A stretch of DNA of 63,872 bases, the filler included, from Acidimicrobiia bacterium (GTDB taxonomy: Bacteria > Actinomycetota > Acidimicrobiia > Spongiisociales > SHLN01): NCBI GenBank assembly GCA_041619515.1. It is 3 parts of 3 records of this genome, joined end to end, with 100 filler letters (N's around TTAATTAATTAA, not from the genome) between each part and the next. Parts side by side here need not be neighbours in the genome. Positions count along the whole stretch, not along the records: positions 25,791 to 51,014 come from JBFKDW010000042.1; positions 51,115 to 63,872 come from JBFKDW010000082.1; 1 more part is not named here. One strand, given 5' to 3'. The notes beneath the pieces were generated by a model, which was not told the DNA's origin, searched no databases, and saw only the letters and a program-made list of their open reading frames with translations. Shown here piece by piece: positions 47,823 through 56,484 of the stretch (position 1 is its first letter; each line of letters opens with the position of its first letter). A program made the translations under genes and the position numbers.

Positions 47823-48560
47823 GTGAACAATCGGACGAAGTATCTGGCGGCGGGCGGTGCAGCCTTGGTGCTGTTGGGCGCATTCTCGATCTGGTTCTTC
47901 CTCTTTCGGGACACGGCCCCGGAGGCGGTGTCGCTGGGCGGCGCCATCGAGTCGGTCACCTCGACCACCTCCCCCGATTCCACTGCCACCTCCGCTCCAC
48001 CGGAGGGGCTGGACGGCATGTGGGTGATCGACAGCGCCGTCGGGGCGGGAGTGGTCGAAGACAGCAGCTTTGTGGGATACCGGGTTCAGGAGGAGCTGGC
48101 CACCGTGGGGGCAAAGACGGCGGTCGGACGGACGACCGCGGTGACCGGGACGTTCCAGTTCAGTGAGACCACCCTCACCGCGGCCGACATCGTAGCCGAT
48201 CTCACTCAACTGAGAAGCGACAGCACCAGCCGGGATTCGCAGATGCGGACCCAGGCGCTAGAGACCGATGAGTTTCCGGAGGCTTCCTTCGCCCTCGCAG
48301 CGCCCGTCGACCTGGGCGCCGTCCCGGGACCGGGCGGTTCCTTCGCTGCGGAAGCCATCGGAGATCTGACGATCCACGGAGTGACCCGGAACGTCACGGT
48401 CCCGATCGAAGGCACGCTGATCGGGGACACGGTGGTGGTGGTCGGCAGCATCGAGATAGTGATGGCCGACTACGACATCGACCGGCCCCGGGCTGCCATC
48501 GTGCTCTCAGTCGAGGACCGCGGTGAGATGGAGTTTCAGCTGTTCCTGCGCCGGGCCTGA
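47823..48560 (+). CDS. YceI family protein with N-terminal membrane anchor
   Basis: S.VGYRV.E, AVGRT..V.G, L.SD...RD, L.T..FP.A.F, G.LTIHGVT. Confidence 0.9.
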   Translation: MNNRTKYLAAGGAALVLLGAFSIWFFLFRDTAPEAVSLGGAIESVTSTTSPDSTATSAPPEGLDGMWVIDSAVGAGVVEDSSFVGYRVQEELATVGAKTAVGRTTAVTGTFQFSETTLTAADIVADLTQLRSDSTSRDSQMRTQALETDEFPEASFALAAPVDLGAVPGPGGSFAAEAIGDLTIHGVTRNVTVPIEGTLIGDTVVVVGSIEIVMADYDIDRPRAAIVLSVEDRGEMEFQLFLRRA

Positions 48561-51014
48561 TCGTCTTCTCTTCGCCGGCCGGCGGCGACAACGAGTGCGA
48601 GGCCGAACAGCAATGAGATGAGGGCCGACGCCACGGCGTCTCCCAGGTCGAAACCGGTGGCAGGGAGCAGGCCGATCCCGGCCACGGCGGCGTTGTTGAG
48701 CACGTTCACTTCGCCGGCCAGGCTGACCTCTGCGAAATTGTTGATCGTCCCGGACAGGTCGTCGTCAACCTGGGTGTCCAGGATCAGCTCGAGCGAGGAC
48801 CCGGCCGCCAGGGGCCCGGGATGGGTGCACGTCACCGTTGAATCTGCCACCGAGCATGCCCAGTCCGGGCCTCCGAAGCCCGTGTAGGTCAACCCGTCGG
48901 GGAGGTTGTCGGTCACCGTCATGGGCCCGACTGCATCGGACGAGCCGATGTTGGTGACCGTGAGCAACCATCGGGCGCGGTCGCCCGCCTGGACGTTGCC
49001 TTCCGTCGACACTTTGCTCAGGTAGAGGTCGACGGCGCCGGCCGGGGCGGGCGGCAGATACCCGACGTCGGGAGCAGCGACCGTCGTGTTGGAAACAGCC
49101 GTCACGGTCTGGGGATCGTTGGCGGTGGTGAGCGAGTAGCCGGCGGGCAGCGTGGTGTCGTCGACGTCGATAGAGACCGGCCCGGCATCGACTGCCGCCG
49201 AGTAGAAGCCCGACAAGTCCGTCACGACTGCCAGCGGGGAACCGCCGCCATCTGTGACGATCACCGTGACGCCCGCCAGCGGAGGCTCTCCGGCGTCGAG
49301 GGCCGCATCGCCGTCGGTGTCCTCGAAGACAATGCCGGTTACCGAGGCCGGCGGCTGATACCCGAAGTCGAGTCCCGTCACGCGCTCGCCCAGCGCCACT
49401 GCTCGGGTGGTTTCGTCGTCGAGGGCCCCGTCGGGATCCGCCGTCGCCGCCGTCCCGGAAGGAAGAGCAGAGGGATCGATGCGGACCGTGTAGCCGTCAC
49501 CCGACAACGTGTCGAAGAGGTAGTCGCCGTTGCCATCGGTGAGGACCGACCCGACCTCTGTGAGGGAACCATCGAGAAGGGTCACGGGAACGCCCCCGGC
49601 TCCCGGCTCGCCTGCGTCCTGGATGCCGTCACCGTTGAGATCGAGCCAGACCCGGCCGGCCAGGGTTGCTTCGTCGACGACGACCTCGGCGGAGTCGGAG
49701 ACCGGTTCCAGCGGCCCCAGGGGGCCGTCGGCGCTCACGGTCGCAACGTTGGTGAAGTCTGCGGCCACGTCGAGCGCCTCACACGAGTATGTAACAGATC
49801 CACTCGCCGCGAGCGGCCCGATCGTCGCGTCACACGCCGGGGACAACGGGTCGGTGACGGTCACATCGGCGAGATCGACATCACCCGTGTTGGTCACGGT
49901 GATGGTGAAGGAGGCGTTGGCCCCGACGAGGATGGTCTGCGTCGCCGGGTCCTTGGCGATCGCGATCGCCGGGTTGATCACGTCGATGTCGGCGCTGTCG
50001 GTCGAGCTGACATCCGGCCCAATCGGAGGGGTACCGGTCGCCGTCGCCGAGTTGGTGAAATCGGAAGGTACGGAGACCGCGTCACACGAGTAGCTGGCAC
50101 TGTCACCCCTGGCCAGGGCGCCGATGAGGGCATCACAGGATGGGACCAGCGGGTCCGACACCGTCACTCCAACCAGATCGACGTTCCCGATGTTGGTGAC
50201 GGTGAGCGTGAACGCAGCGTCGGATCCGGCGAGCACCATCTGGGATGCCGGATCCTTTTCCAGGAGGATTCCGGGCCCAGCGATGATGTAGCCGAAGTCG
50301 ACCGTGGCGACGTCCTCGCCCGCCGAAACGCTGACAGGCGCCGGGTTGGTGCCCACGGTGATCACCGCACCGGCCGGGAGGTCGGCGTCGGTCTCATCGA
50401 CCGCCACCGTGTACGACCCCGCCACCACCTGGAACCCGTAGAAGCCGTCTGCGTCGGTGACGGTGCTCTGCCCGTCGGACAGGGTCACCGTCACATTGGG
50501 GATCCCCTCGCCCGGGTCGAAGGCCCCGTCCTCGTCGAGATCGATGAATACCCGGTCACCAATCGAGCCCGGCTGGAAGGCTCCGGCGTCGATCGTGGGG
50601 TTGAGGCCGGCGGTGAGGGTGACCAACGCCGTGAGACCGGAGCCGGGGTCGGCATCGCTGTCGGCTGCGTCGTCGCCACCCTGGTCGACGGGCGAAAGGA
50701 CATATCCGGGGGGCAGGCCTGCGAATTCGACGACGTAGGTCCCCACCGGGCCGGTCAACTGATACGCGCCGGCGCCGTCGGTGGTATCGGTGTCGACCAC
50801 CGTGTCATCAACGGTCCCCGGAATGGTATCTGGCCCGGGGTCGATCAGGCTGACGAGAACCCCGTCGATCCCTACCTCACCACCACCATCCTGAACCCCA
50901 TCCCCATCCAGGTCCAACCACACAACATCACCAACCGACCCCGTCGGCTGATACCCAAAATCCGCACCGTCATAATCCTCACCCACCCCCAACGCCACCA
51001 CATGCGGATCCACC
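48536..51014 (-). CDS. Large sortase-anchored surface protein with SdrD B-like and DUF11 Ig-like repeats (5' part lost in gap)
   Basis: Repeated GD.VW.D.DGDG.QD..E...DFGY units, T.TN.G.VDL..V.V.D units; C-terminal LPATG plus TM and Arg-rich tail. Confidence 0.88.
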
Positions 51015-51114
51015 NNNNNNNNNNNNNNNNNNNNNNNNNNNNNNNNNNNNNNNNNNNNTTAATTAATTAANNNNNNNNNNNNNNNNNNNNNNNNNNNNNN
51101 NNNNNNNNNNNNNN
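51015..51114. other. Artificial contig linker (N44-TTAATTAATTAA-N44)
   Basis: Same structure as 25691-25790. Confidence 0.97.
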
Positions 51115-51115
51115 G

Positions 51116-51235
51116 GTCGGCTTCGACGAGCTGGTGGAGATGATGGTCGAAGCAGATCTGGAGGCGGCGGCCCGGGAGCGGGCGCTGGTGGACGCCGGCT
51201 ACAGCCACGTCGAATGGCAGGGAGGCCCCGAATGA
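51116..51235 (+). CDS. gmd: 3' end of GDP-mannose 4,6-dehydratase (not in ORF track)
   Basis: VGFDELVEMMVEADLEAAARERALVDAGY matches the Gmd C-terminus; ATGA overlap with fcl. Confidence 0.8.
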   Translation, partial: VGFDELVEMMVEADLEAAARERALVDAGYSHVEWQGGPE

Positions 51236-52182
51236 CCGACGTAGCAGGCAAGAAGATTCTCGTGACCGGCGGGGCCGGCTTCCTCGGCCGACGGGTGACC
51301 GAGCGCCTGGAGGGCATGGGGGCGCTGGTCCAGGTGGTCAGGCGCGCCGGCGTGGATCTGACCGACCAGGCCGCCACCCGCGCCTTCTTCGCAATAACGA
51401 AGCCCGAGATCGTGGTTCATCTGGCGGCCGAGGTTGGTGGCATCGGGGCAAACCGGGATAACCCCGGCCGCTTCTTCTTCGCCAACATGGCGATGGGCCT
51501 CAACGTGGTGGACGAGAGCCGGCGAGTGGGGGTCGAGAAGCTCGTCGTGGCAGGCACCGTATGTGCCTATCCCAAGCACACGCCGGTTCCCTTCCGGGAG
51601 GAGGATCTGTGGGAAGGGTATCCGGAGGAGACCAATGCCCCCTACGGGGTCGCCAAGAAGGCGCTGCTGGTGATGCTGCAGGCCTACCGGGAGCAATACG
51701 GCCTCAACGGTATCTACTTGCTGCCCGTCAACCTGTACGGCCCGGGAGACAACTTCGACCTGGAAACCAGCCACGTCATTCCCGCCCTGATACGGAAGTT
51801 CCTCGCCGCTCGCGACGGCGGTGCCGAATCCGTCGAGGTGTGGGGGACCGGCTCCCCGAGCAGAGAGTTCTTGCACGTCGACGATGCCGCCCGTGCCATT
51901 GCGCTGGCAACCGGGCAGTACGAGGAGCCCGATCCGGTCAACATCGGCGCCGGTCGCGAGGTCACGATCCGGGAGCTGGTGGAGCTGATCGCCGAGCTGA
52001 CCGGGTTCCAGGGTGAAATAACCTGGGACACGTCGCGCCCGGACGGCCAGCCGCGCCGCATGCTCGATACCACCCGGGCACGCGAGCGGTTTGGCTTCGA
52101 GGCTGCGGTGCCGCTCGAAGAGGGCCTGCGGGAGACCATCGACTGGTGGGTCGAAAACGGTTCGGTCCAGGCGGCCGGATAG
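51232..52182 (+). CDS. fcl: GDP-L-fucose synthase
   Basis: HLAAEVGGIGAN, C.YPK, PEETN.PYG.AK, NLYGPGDNF..SHVIPA, WGTG...REF, PDGQPR. Confidence 0.95.
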   Translation: MTDVAGKKILVTGGAGFLGRRVTERLEGMGALVQVVRRAGVDLTDQAATRAFFAITKPEIVVHLAAEVGGIGANRDNPGRFFFANMAMGLNVVDESRRVGVEKLVVAGTVCAYPKHTPVPFREEDLWEGYPEETNAPYGVAKKALLVMLQAYREQYGLNGIYLLPVNLYGPGDNFDLETSHVIPALIRKFLAARDGGAESVEVWGTGSPSREFLHVDDAARAIALATGQYEEPDPVNIGAGREVTIRELVELIAELTGFQGEITWDTSRPDGQPRRMLDTTRARERFGFEAAVPLEEGLRETIDWWVENGSVQAAG

Positions 52183-52183
52183 G

Positions 52184-53410
52184 TCAGCCGGACGCCCCTC
52201 CGGTCACCAGTGTGCTCAGCTTGGCCGACAGGCGGTCCCGGTCGAGCTCGGTGAGGGCGACGTCCCGTGCGGTACGGCCCTTCGCTGCCAGCGAGGCACC
52301 GTCGAGTGAGGCGATGCGGCGGAGTGTCTCGACCATGGCCGGCACATCGCCATGGCGGACTTCCCAGCCGATCTCGTGCCGATCCAGCAGATCGGTCACG
52401 TGGGACGGCCGGGGGCCGATGTACAGAATCGCCCGGCCGACCAGCATGGCGTTGTAGACCTTGCTGGGATGCACGATCCCGGCCATGTCGTCGCCGAGGA
52501 CGACCAGGTGGACGTCTGCGGCCGACAGCGAGTAGGCGATTCGCTCCAGCGGTTGATACGGGAGCGACCGCAGATTGGTGGCACCCGCTTCGATCGCCGC
52601 CTCGATACGGCCCTTCTCCGAACCACCGCCGACGAACACGAAGACCACCTCCGGGCGGTCTTCGAGGTCCCGAGCCGCGGCCAGCAGTGTGTCGAGCGGG
52701 TGCACCGGGCTGTGATTGCCGCTGTACATGAACACCAGCTTGTCGGCGAGCCCGTGCTGCTGCCGAAACGGGTTGTCCGGATGATCGATGGGTGCCAGCC
52801 TCCCGTCGAGGGGCCAGGGGGGAACGATGGCGAGATCAGCGGAGGGGTGTGCCAGCTTGGTGCTCATCCGGTCTTGCATGAACCGGTCGAGCGAGACCAC
52901 ATTGTCGGCTGCTCGGAGGGTGCGACGATTCAACCACTCAAGCGCTTTGACGAACATCGAGCCGCCGGCCAGCTGCCCGGTGATGACCGCCTGGTCGGGG
53001 TTGACGTCCATGACCCAGTGAGTGAGCGGCACCCGCCGGAGCCCGGCAACGGCGAGGCCTGCTGCGGCACCGAAGGGTGGCGAGGTGGTGCACAGCACTG
53101 CACGGAGGTCGCGTACGAGAAGGCCGCGTACGATGCACTGCGCAACGAACGAAACCTGGCCGATGAGGCGTCGGAGCACGCTGGTCTTGCCGGACGACGA
53201 CAGCGGAAGCCGCCGGACCTCGACTCCGTCGATGGTCTCACGGCGGGGGTAGCGAAGCGTCGGATCCTCGTAGCCCCGAGCCGAGGTGAGCACCTCCACT
53301 CGCCAGCCGTCCTGGGCCATCCGGGCGCCGGCGTCGGCCATGTACTGGCCGACTGCGGCGGGATCGGGCACGTAGACCTGGCTGATGACCAGGATGGTTC
53401 CGTCAGGCAC
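52184..53410 (-). CDS. Glycosyltransferase family 4 (WbuB/WcaI-like)
   Basis: SQ.Y.PD..A.GQ, TSPP, W.MD..PD, YSGN...H, PSK.Y..M. Confidence 0.9.
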   Translation of the reverse strand: MPDGTILVISQVYVPDPAAVGQYMADAGARMAQDGWRVEVLTSARGYEDPTLRYPRRETIDGVEVRRLPLSSSGKTSVLRRLIGQVSFVAQCIVRGLLVRDLRAVLCTTSPPFGAAAGLAVAGLRRVPLTHWVMDVNPDQAVITGQLAGGSMFVKALEWLNRRTLRAADNVVSLDRFMQDRMSTKLAHPSADLAIVPPWPLDGRLAPIDHPDNPFRQQHGLADKLVFMYSGNHSPVHPLDTLLAAARDLEDRPEVVFVFVGGGSEKGRIEAAIEAGATNLRSLPYQPLERIAYSLSAADVHLVVLGDDMAGIVHPSKVYNAMLVGRAILYIGPRPSHVTDLLDRHEIGWEVRHGDVPAMVETLRRIASLDGASLAAKGRTARDVALTELDRDRLSAKLSTLVTGGASG

Positions 53411-53424
53411 GCGCCGGCTTCGAA

Positions 53425-54741
53425 TCAGTCTCCACGAGTTGTCAGCACCGCGCCGACGGTGAGGATCAGCATCTTCGCATCGAACCACGCCGACCGCCTG
53501 TCCACGTACTCGAGGTCGTATTCGACTCGCTGCTCGAGGGTGATGTCGCTGCGTCCCCGCACCTGCGCCATGCCGGTGATGCCGGGCTTGGCATCGAGCC
53601 GGCGCATATGCTCGGGGGCGTAGAGGTCGAGCTCGTACGGGACGATCGGCCTCGGCCCGACCAGGCTCATCTCACCCTTGAAGACGTTCCACAGGTTGGG
53701 AAGCTCGTCGAGTGACCATCCGCGCAGCACTTTGCCGATCCGAGTGATGCGGGGGTCCTCCTGCAGCTTGATGGCCTCGGACTCGTTGAAGGTCGCGAGC
53801 GACTCATAGTGGGCCCTGTGCAGCTCTTCCGAGGCGTCGTCGACCATCGTGCGGAACTTCACTACCCGGAAGAGCTGGCCTTTGTGTCCGACCCTCACCT
53901 GGCGGAACAGAACCGGGCCGGGCGAGTCGATCTTGATGGCCAGTGCCACGACCGCGATGAGGGGACTGAGCAACACCAGCAGCAGGGCCGACAAAATGAT
54001 GTCGGCGAGCCGCTTCAAGAGCAGGTACGTCGCCTCACGCCAAGAGCGCCGCGGCAGCGCCAGCGTATCGACGACCCCGGGGATCACCGAGGGCCGCTCC
54101 GGTCGCCGCAGCACTACCCCGATGGTGCTGGCGAGGATCCGGAGGTCGTAGAGGAACGACAGGCGGTCGATATAGCGAAGATCCACGTCCACGTGCTCGT
54201 GCATGTGCCTCCCGTCACCACGGGCCGTCACCTGCCACAGGCCGGTGGCGCCCGGTTTCACCTGATGTCTGCGGTGCTGCCAGGGCTCGTATGCCTCGAC
54301 GATGTAGGTGCGCTCCGGGCGGGGCCCGACCACACTCATATGCCCCATCAGGATGTTCCACACCTGCGGGAGCTCATCGAGGCTCCAGCGGCGGAGGAAG
54401 CGCCCTCCCGGCAGGATGCGGGTGTCGAAGCTGTCGTCCGAGGAGTGGGTGAGGCGCATAGTCCGGAACCGGTTCATCTTGAAGACCTTGCCGTTCCGTC
54501 CCACCCGCTCCTCCCGGTAGAGGATCGGCCGGCCGATGCGGATCAGGACGAACAGCGCTACCAGCAATGAGGCCGGAAGAGTGAGGATCGTAAAGACCAG
54601 CCCGGCCACCCGGTCGACGGGACCCTTGACGAACCGCTCGTACACGCCGCGTTTGCGCACGGTTTGCAGAGCTTCGGCCCGTGGCTCGTGTTTGGAAGCA
54701 GAGCTGCGCGATGGCACTGCCGAGGTTGTCAGTTCCGCCAC
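53425..54741 (-). CDS. Sugar transferase with two tandem bacterial phosphoglycosyl-transferase domains
   Basis: Two copies of K..D/FRTM/SLDELP..N...G.MS.VGPRP/KPG.TG..QV/D..Y. Confidence 0.9.
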   Translation of the reverse strand: MAELTTSAVPSRSSASKHEPRAEALQTVRKRGVYERFVKGPVDRVAGLVFTILTLPASLLVALFVLIRIGRPILYREERVGRNGKVFKMNRFRTMRLTHSSDDSFDTRILPGGRFLRRWSLDELPQVWNILMGHMSVVGPRPERTYIVEAYEPWQHRRHQVKPGATGLWQVTARGDGRHMHEHVDVDLRYIDRLSFLYDLRILASTIGVVLRRPERPSVIPGVVDTLALPRRSWREATYLLLKRLADIILSALLLVLLSPLIAVVALAIKIDSPGPVLFRQVRVGHKGQLFRVVKFRTMVDDASEELHRAHYESLATFNESEAIKLQEDPRITRIGKVLRGWSLDELPNLWNVFKGEMSLVGPRPIVPYELDLYAPEHMRRLDAKPGITGMAQVRGRSDITLEQRVEYDLEYVDRRSAWFDAKMLILTVGAVLTTRGD

Positions 54742-54872
54742 GCTTGCTCCATTGTCGGCCCCCTCGGAATCGTTCCTCTCAGAATAAAACTAGCGCTGTT
54801 GCGACCAGGCCGCCACCTGCAGTGGTTGTGGGTTTCGCAGTGTGCTGTCATTTCCAAGGCCGAATCCGACGC

Positions 54873-56354
54873 CTATCTCGGGCGTACCCGTTTCGACTTT
54901 CGTTTCAGCTGCCGCAGCGACAGCTCCAGCGGATTCGTCTCGCCGCCTTCTCGAATGATCCCGGCCGCCCCCACTCGGCGCCGCTGCCACTCACGCAGGT
55001 TGGTTTCCATCGCGATGGCGGCTCCCAGCCCGAAGATCGACCACAGCCACACGCCCACCTGGGGCCCTTCGAGGGTTCCGTCGAAAAAGGAATTCAGAAG
55101 CATCGCGAACGCGGCCAGCATCGCCCACCCCAAATAGGCTGCCCGCCGGGGCGAGTCGACCATCCGGAGCCGGGCGCGGGCGCGGAACAGATGGACATAC
55201 CAGAATCCCCACACCGCTACCCACAGCCCCACGCCGATCACCCCCATCCGGGCGAGCACGTTGAGGTGGGAGTTGTGGACGCCCCGCAGCGGGTTGACGT
55301 TGGCCTCGGTGGCGGTCTGGTCCCGGGAGAATCTGAATTCGTAGCGGTCGCCGAGGTTCTCCCCGAATCCGAGCCCGGTGAGGAAATGCTCCTGGCTGAG
55401 GATGTCGTCTACAACCGGTGACCAGAAGTCGATCCGGCCCGTGTTCTCGCTGGCCCGCACGCTCGTGATGTTGTCGAGGAGCTGGCGAACCGAGAGATCA
55501 CGCTGTTCGTATCCGAGGTTGATGCTGGTGTCGGTCACGTACAGGGCGCCGAGCAGCACCACGATCACGAGTGAGAGGATGGCGATGGCCGGACCAAACG
55601 TTCGCGACACGAGCGGAACCCCGACGATCACGAAGAATCCGGATACCAGGCCTCCGCGATTCTGAGTGCCGGCTCCCACGTACAGAACCAGGAGCGCCAG
55701 GGCCGGGACGGCGGTCAGAAGGATGGCAGCCGGCCGGTCCATCCTCGATGCCACCCACGGGCCGAAGATCAGCACGATGAAGGCGAAGCCGACGGCGGCG
55801 TGGATGGCGATGTTGCCGGGTCGGTGCGAAGTCCAGGGCACGAGCGTGTCGGGAAGGTTGCCGGCCTCGGTGCGCCACATCGACAGGCGCACCCAGCCGA
55901 CGACGACAAAGGCCGCGAGAGCGGCTGCATACACGGGGATGAAACGCTCGAGGGCCTCGGGAAGCGTGCGGACCACGGCGGCGGCCACAATGGCGAAGAG
56001 GCCGTAATACCACAGGGCGCTGTCTTGCAGCGCGTCGAGGCCGTGCTCGAAGACGTTGAAGAACAGGAGCAGGAATCCCCAGGCCATGAACCCGAAGAGC
56101 GCCCGGATGGGGATGGAGAACCGGATGAGGCTTCGCCCCTCGGCTGAGGCTGCTACCAGCACCAGGCCGATCGCCAGCACGGATTCCGCCACGTAGACGG
56201 GCGTGCCGGGGAGGTGCAGGTGGGCGAACGCCCGATCGAAGAACAGATACCCGAGCAGGGCGGCCAGCAGCAGGCCGCTATACCACCCAGTGTGGCGCTC
56301 GAGGCTCAGTCCGAGCTCGGCCGTTTGGGAGCGAGGGGAGATCGTTTTCGCGAT
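54873..56354 (-). CDS. O-antigen ligase/polymerase (Wzy_C) family membrane protein; start uncertain
   Basis: Many TMs, NRGG, R...W, G.GFG, HNS.L..L.RMG..G; frame open upstream of GTG 56192 through LLGYLFFDRAFA; in-frame ATC at 56354 proposed as start. Confidence 0.75.
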   Translation of the reverse strand: MAKTISPRSQTAELGLSLERHTGWYSGLLLAALLGYLFFDRAFAHLHLPGTPVYVAESVLAIGLVLVAASAEGRSLIRFSIPIRALFGFMAWGFLLLFFNVFEHGLDALQDSALWYYGLFAIVAAAVVRTLPEALERFIPVYAAALAAFVVVGWVRLSMWRTEAGNLPDTLVPWTSHRPGNIAIHAAVGFAFIVLIFGPWVASRMDRPAAILLTAVPALALLVLYVGAGTQNRGGLVSGFFVIVGVPLVSRTFGPAIAILSLVIVVLLGALYVTDTSINLGYEQRDLSVRQLLDNITSVRASENTGRIDFWSPVVDDILSQEHFLTGLGFGENLGDRYEFRFSRDQTATEANVNPLRGVHNSHLNVLARMGVIGVGLWVAVWGFWYVHLFRARARLRMVDSPRRAAYLGWAMLAAFAMLLNSFFDGTLEGPQVGVWLWSIFGLGAAIAMETNLREWQRRRVGAAGIIREGGETNPLELSLRQLKRKSKRVRPR

Positions 56355-56484
56355 GTGGTCATTGTATCGTCGCCCCGGAATCCCTCACTATTTTTTGGCC
56401 GCGGTTTCCCACGGAGGGCCCTAGAATGATCTCACGGCGCCACAGAGAGTGGCGGTGTCTCATGTGGAGGTCCCGGCTTTGAAG

